Assembly: GCA_964016885.1 (NCBI GenBank)
Contig: OZ024741.1
Span: 194,122,001-194,186,000, forward strand
From: Eledone cirrhosa
Taxonomy: Eukaryota
DNA: 64,000 nt
Direction: 5' to 3'
In this document: piece by piece, positions 61,701-64,000 of the stretch
Layout of the letters: every line of letters begins with the position of its first letter
Position numbering within the stretch: position 1 is the first letter of the stretch
Notes under the pieces: generated by a model
What the model was told of the DNA's origin: nothing
Databases searched by the model: none
Seen by the model: only the letters and a program-made list of their open reading frames with translations
Program-made: the position numbers and the translations under genes

Positions 61701-64000
61701 ATCAGAGTGTAGTAGAGTACATGAGGGTAAAGTGGAGAACATGAGGGTAGAGTGGGGTAGATCAGGGTAGAATAGAATACATCAGAGTGTAATAGAGTAC
61801 ATGAGGGTAAAGTGGAGAAAATGAGGGTAGAGTGGGGGTAAATCAGGGTAGAATAGAATACATCAGGGTGTAGTAGAGTACATGAGGGTAAAGTGGAGAA
61901 CATGAGGGTAGAGTGGGGTAGAATAGAATACATCAGGGTGTAGTAGAGTACATGAGGGTAGAGTGGGGTAGATCAGGGTAGAATAGAATACATCAGAGTG
62001 TAGTAGAGTACATGAGGGTAAAGTGGAGAACATGAGGGTAGAGTGGGGTAGATCAGGGTAGAATAGAATATATCAGAGTGTAGTAGAGTACATGAGGGTA
62101 AAGTGGAGAACATGGGGTAGAGTGGGGTAGAATAGAATACATCAGGGTGTAGTAGAGTACATGAGGGTAAAGTGGAGAACATGAGGGTAGAGTGGGGTAG
62201 ATCAGGGTAGAATAGAATACATCAGGGTGTAGTAGAGTACATGAGGGTAAAGTGGAGAAAATGAGGGTAGAGTGGGGTAGATCAGGGTAGAATAGAATAT
62301 ATCAGGGTGAAGTAGAGTAAATGAGGGTAAAGTGGAGAACATGAGGGTAGAGAGGGGTAGAAAAAAATACATCAGGGTGTAGTAGAGTACATGAGAGTAA
62401 AGTGGAGAACATGAGGGTAGAGTGGGGTAGATCAGGGTAGAATAGAATACATCAGAGTGTAGTAGAGTACATGAGGGTAAAGTGGAGAACATGAGGGTAG
62501 AGTGGGGTAGATGAGGGTAGAATAGAATACATCAGGGTGTAGTAGAGTACATGAGGGTAAAGTGGAGAAAATGAGGGTAGAATGGGGTAGAATAGAATAC
62601 ATCAGGGTGAAGTAGAGTACATGAGGGTAAAGTGGAGAACATGAGGGTAGAGTGGGGTAGATCAGGGTAGAATAGAATACATCAGAGTGTAATAGAGTAC
62701 ATGAGGGTAGAGTGGGGTAGAATAGAAAACATCAGGGTGTAGTAGAGTACATGAGGGTAGAGTGGGGTAGATCAGGGTAGAATAGAATACATCAGAGTGT
62801 AGTAGAGTACATGAGGGTAAAGTGGAGAACATGAGGGTAGAGTGGGTAGATCAGGGTAGAATAGAATACATCAGAGTGTAGTAGAGTACATGAGGGTAAA
62901 GTGGAGAACATGAGGGTAGAGTGGGGTAGATCAGGGTAGAATAGAATACATCAGGGTAAAGTGGAGAACATGAGGGTAGAGTGGGGTAGATCAGGGTAGA
63001 ATAGAATACATCAGGGTGAAGTAGAGTACATGAGGGTAGAGTGGGGTAAATCAGGGTAGAATAGAATACATCAGGGTGTAGTAGAGTACATGAGGGTAAA
63101 GTGGAGAACATGAGGGTAGAGTGGGGTAGATCAGGGTAGAATAGAATACATTAGGGTGTAGTAGAGTACATGAGGGTAAAGTGGGGTAGATCGGGGTAGA
63201 ATAGAATACATTGAGTGTAGTAGAGCACATGAGGGTAAAGTAGAGAACATGAGGGTAGAGTGGGGGTAGATCAGGGTAGAATAGAATACATCAGAATGTA
63301 GTAGAGTACATGAGTGTAAAGTGGAGAACATGAGGGTAGAGTTGGGTAGATCAGGGTAGAATAGAATACATCAGGGGGAAGTAGAGTACATGAGGGTAAA
63401 GTGGAGAACATGAGGGTAGATCAGGGTAGAATAGAATACATCAGAGTGTAGTAGAGTACATGAGGTTAAAGTGGAGAACATGAGGGTAGAGTGGGGTAGA
63501 TCAGGGTAGAATAGAATACATTGTGTGTAGTAGAGTACATGAGGGTAAAGTGGAGAACATGAGGGTAGATCAGGGTAGAATAGAATACATCAGGGTGAAG
63601 TAGAGTACATGAGGGTAAAGTGGAGAACATGAGGGTAGAGTGGGGTAGATCAGGGTAAAATAGAATACATCAGGGAGAAGTAGAGTACATGAGGGTAAAG
63701 TGGAGACAATGAGGGTAGAGTGGGGTAAATCAGGGTAGAATAGAATACATCAGGGTGTAGTAGGGTACATGAGGGTAAAGTGGAGAACATGAGGGTAGAG
63801 TGGGGTAGATCAGGGTAGAATAGAATACATCAGGGAGAAGTAGAGTACATGAGGGTAAAGTGGAGACAATGAGGGTAGAGTGGGGTAGATCAGGGTAGAA
63901 TAGAATACATCAGAGTGTAGTAGAGTACATGAGGGTAAAGTGGAGAACATGAGGGTAGAGTGGGGTAGATCAGGGTAGAATAGAATACATCAGAGTGTAA
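58791..64000. repeat. Intronic purine-rich satellite with 10-bp subunits, ~80-bp unit and higher-order repeats
   Basis: Unit GAGGGTAGAGTGGGGTAGATCAGGGTAGAATAGAATACATCAGGGTGTAGTAGAGTACATGAGGGTAAAGTGGAGAACAT; continues to the window end. Confidence 0.97.

Noticed and set aside
54808-63331. Repetitive minus-strand ORFs (LLHHICITL, MFSTLPSCTLLHP)
   Set aside because: Satellite translations inside introns of the V-ATPase C gene.
58791-64000. Telomeric repeat
   Set aside because: GGGTA-rich, but contains no TTAGGG arrays and is intronic.

Overview
AT-rich eukaryotic (animal) genomic DNA. The tRNA-derived SINEs, (GAT)n-tailed RTE relics and long microsatellites suggest an octopus or other coleoid cephalopod, but this is inference. 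There is one clear host gene: the last seven coding exons of V-type H+-ATPase subunit C (ATP6V1C/Vha44) on the minus strand (58776 down to 42866), with GT-AG introns and a continuous reading frame. Its 5' exons lie beyond the window or behind a >5 kb intronic satellite. Positions 1-30 kb are nested, decayed transposons whose ends and target-site duplications (TSDs) can often be read directly: four Gypsy LTR elements, a hAT (8-bp TSD), a Chapaev3 (CAC termini, TAA TSD), CRE-clade and RTE non-LTR elements. Three multi-kb satellites (about 33-36, 27 and 80 bp units) explain most long low-complexity ORFs. The most notable items are a minimal type-I hammerhead ribozyme motif (G12->A variant) inside a 246-bp inverted-repeat-bounded element in an ATPase intron, Gypsy LTRs ending TG...TA rather than TG...CA, a foldback element split by nested insertions, and a splice acceptor whose branch point must lie in a satellite. 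No CRISPR array or intact novel protein system was found. All alignments were done by eye.
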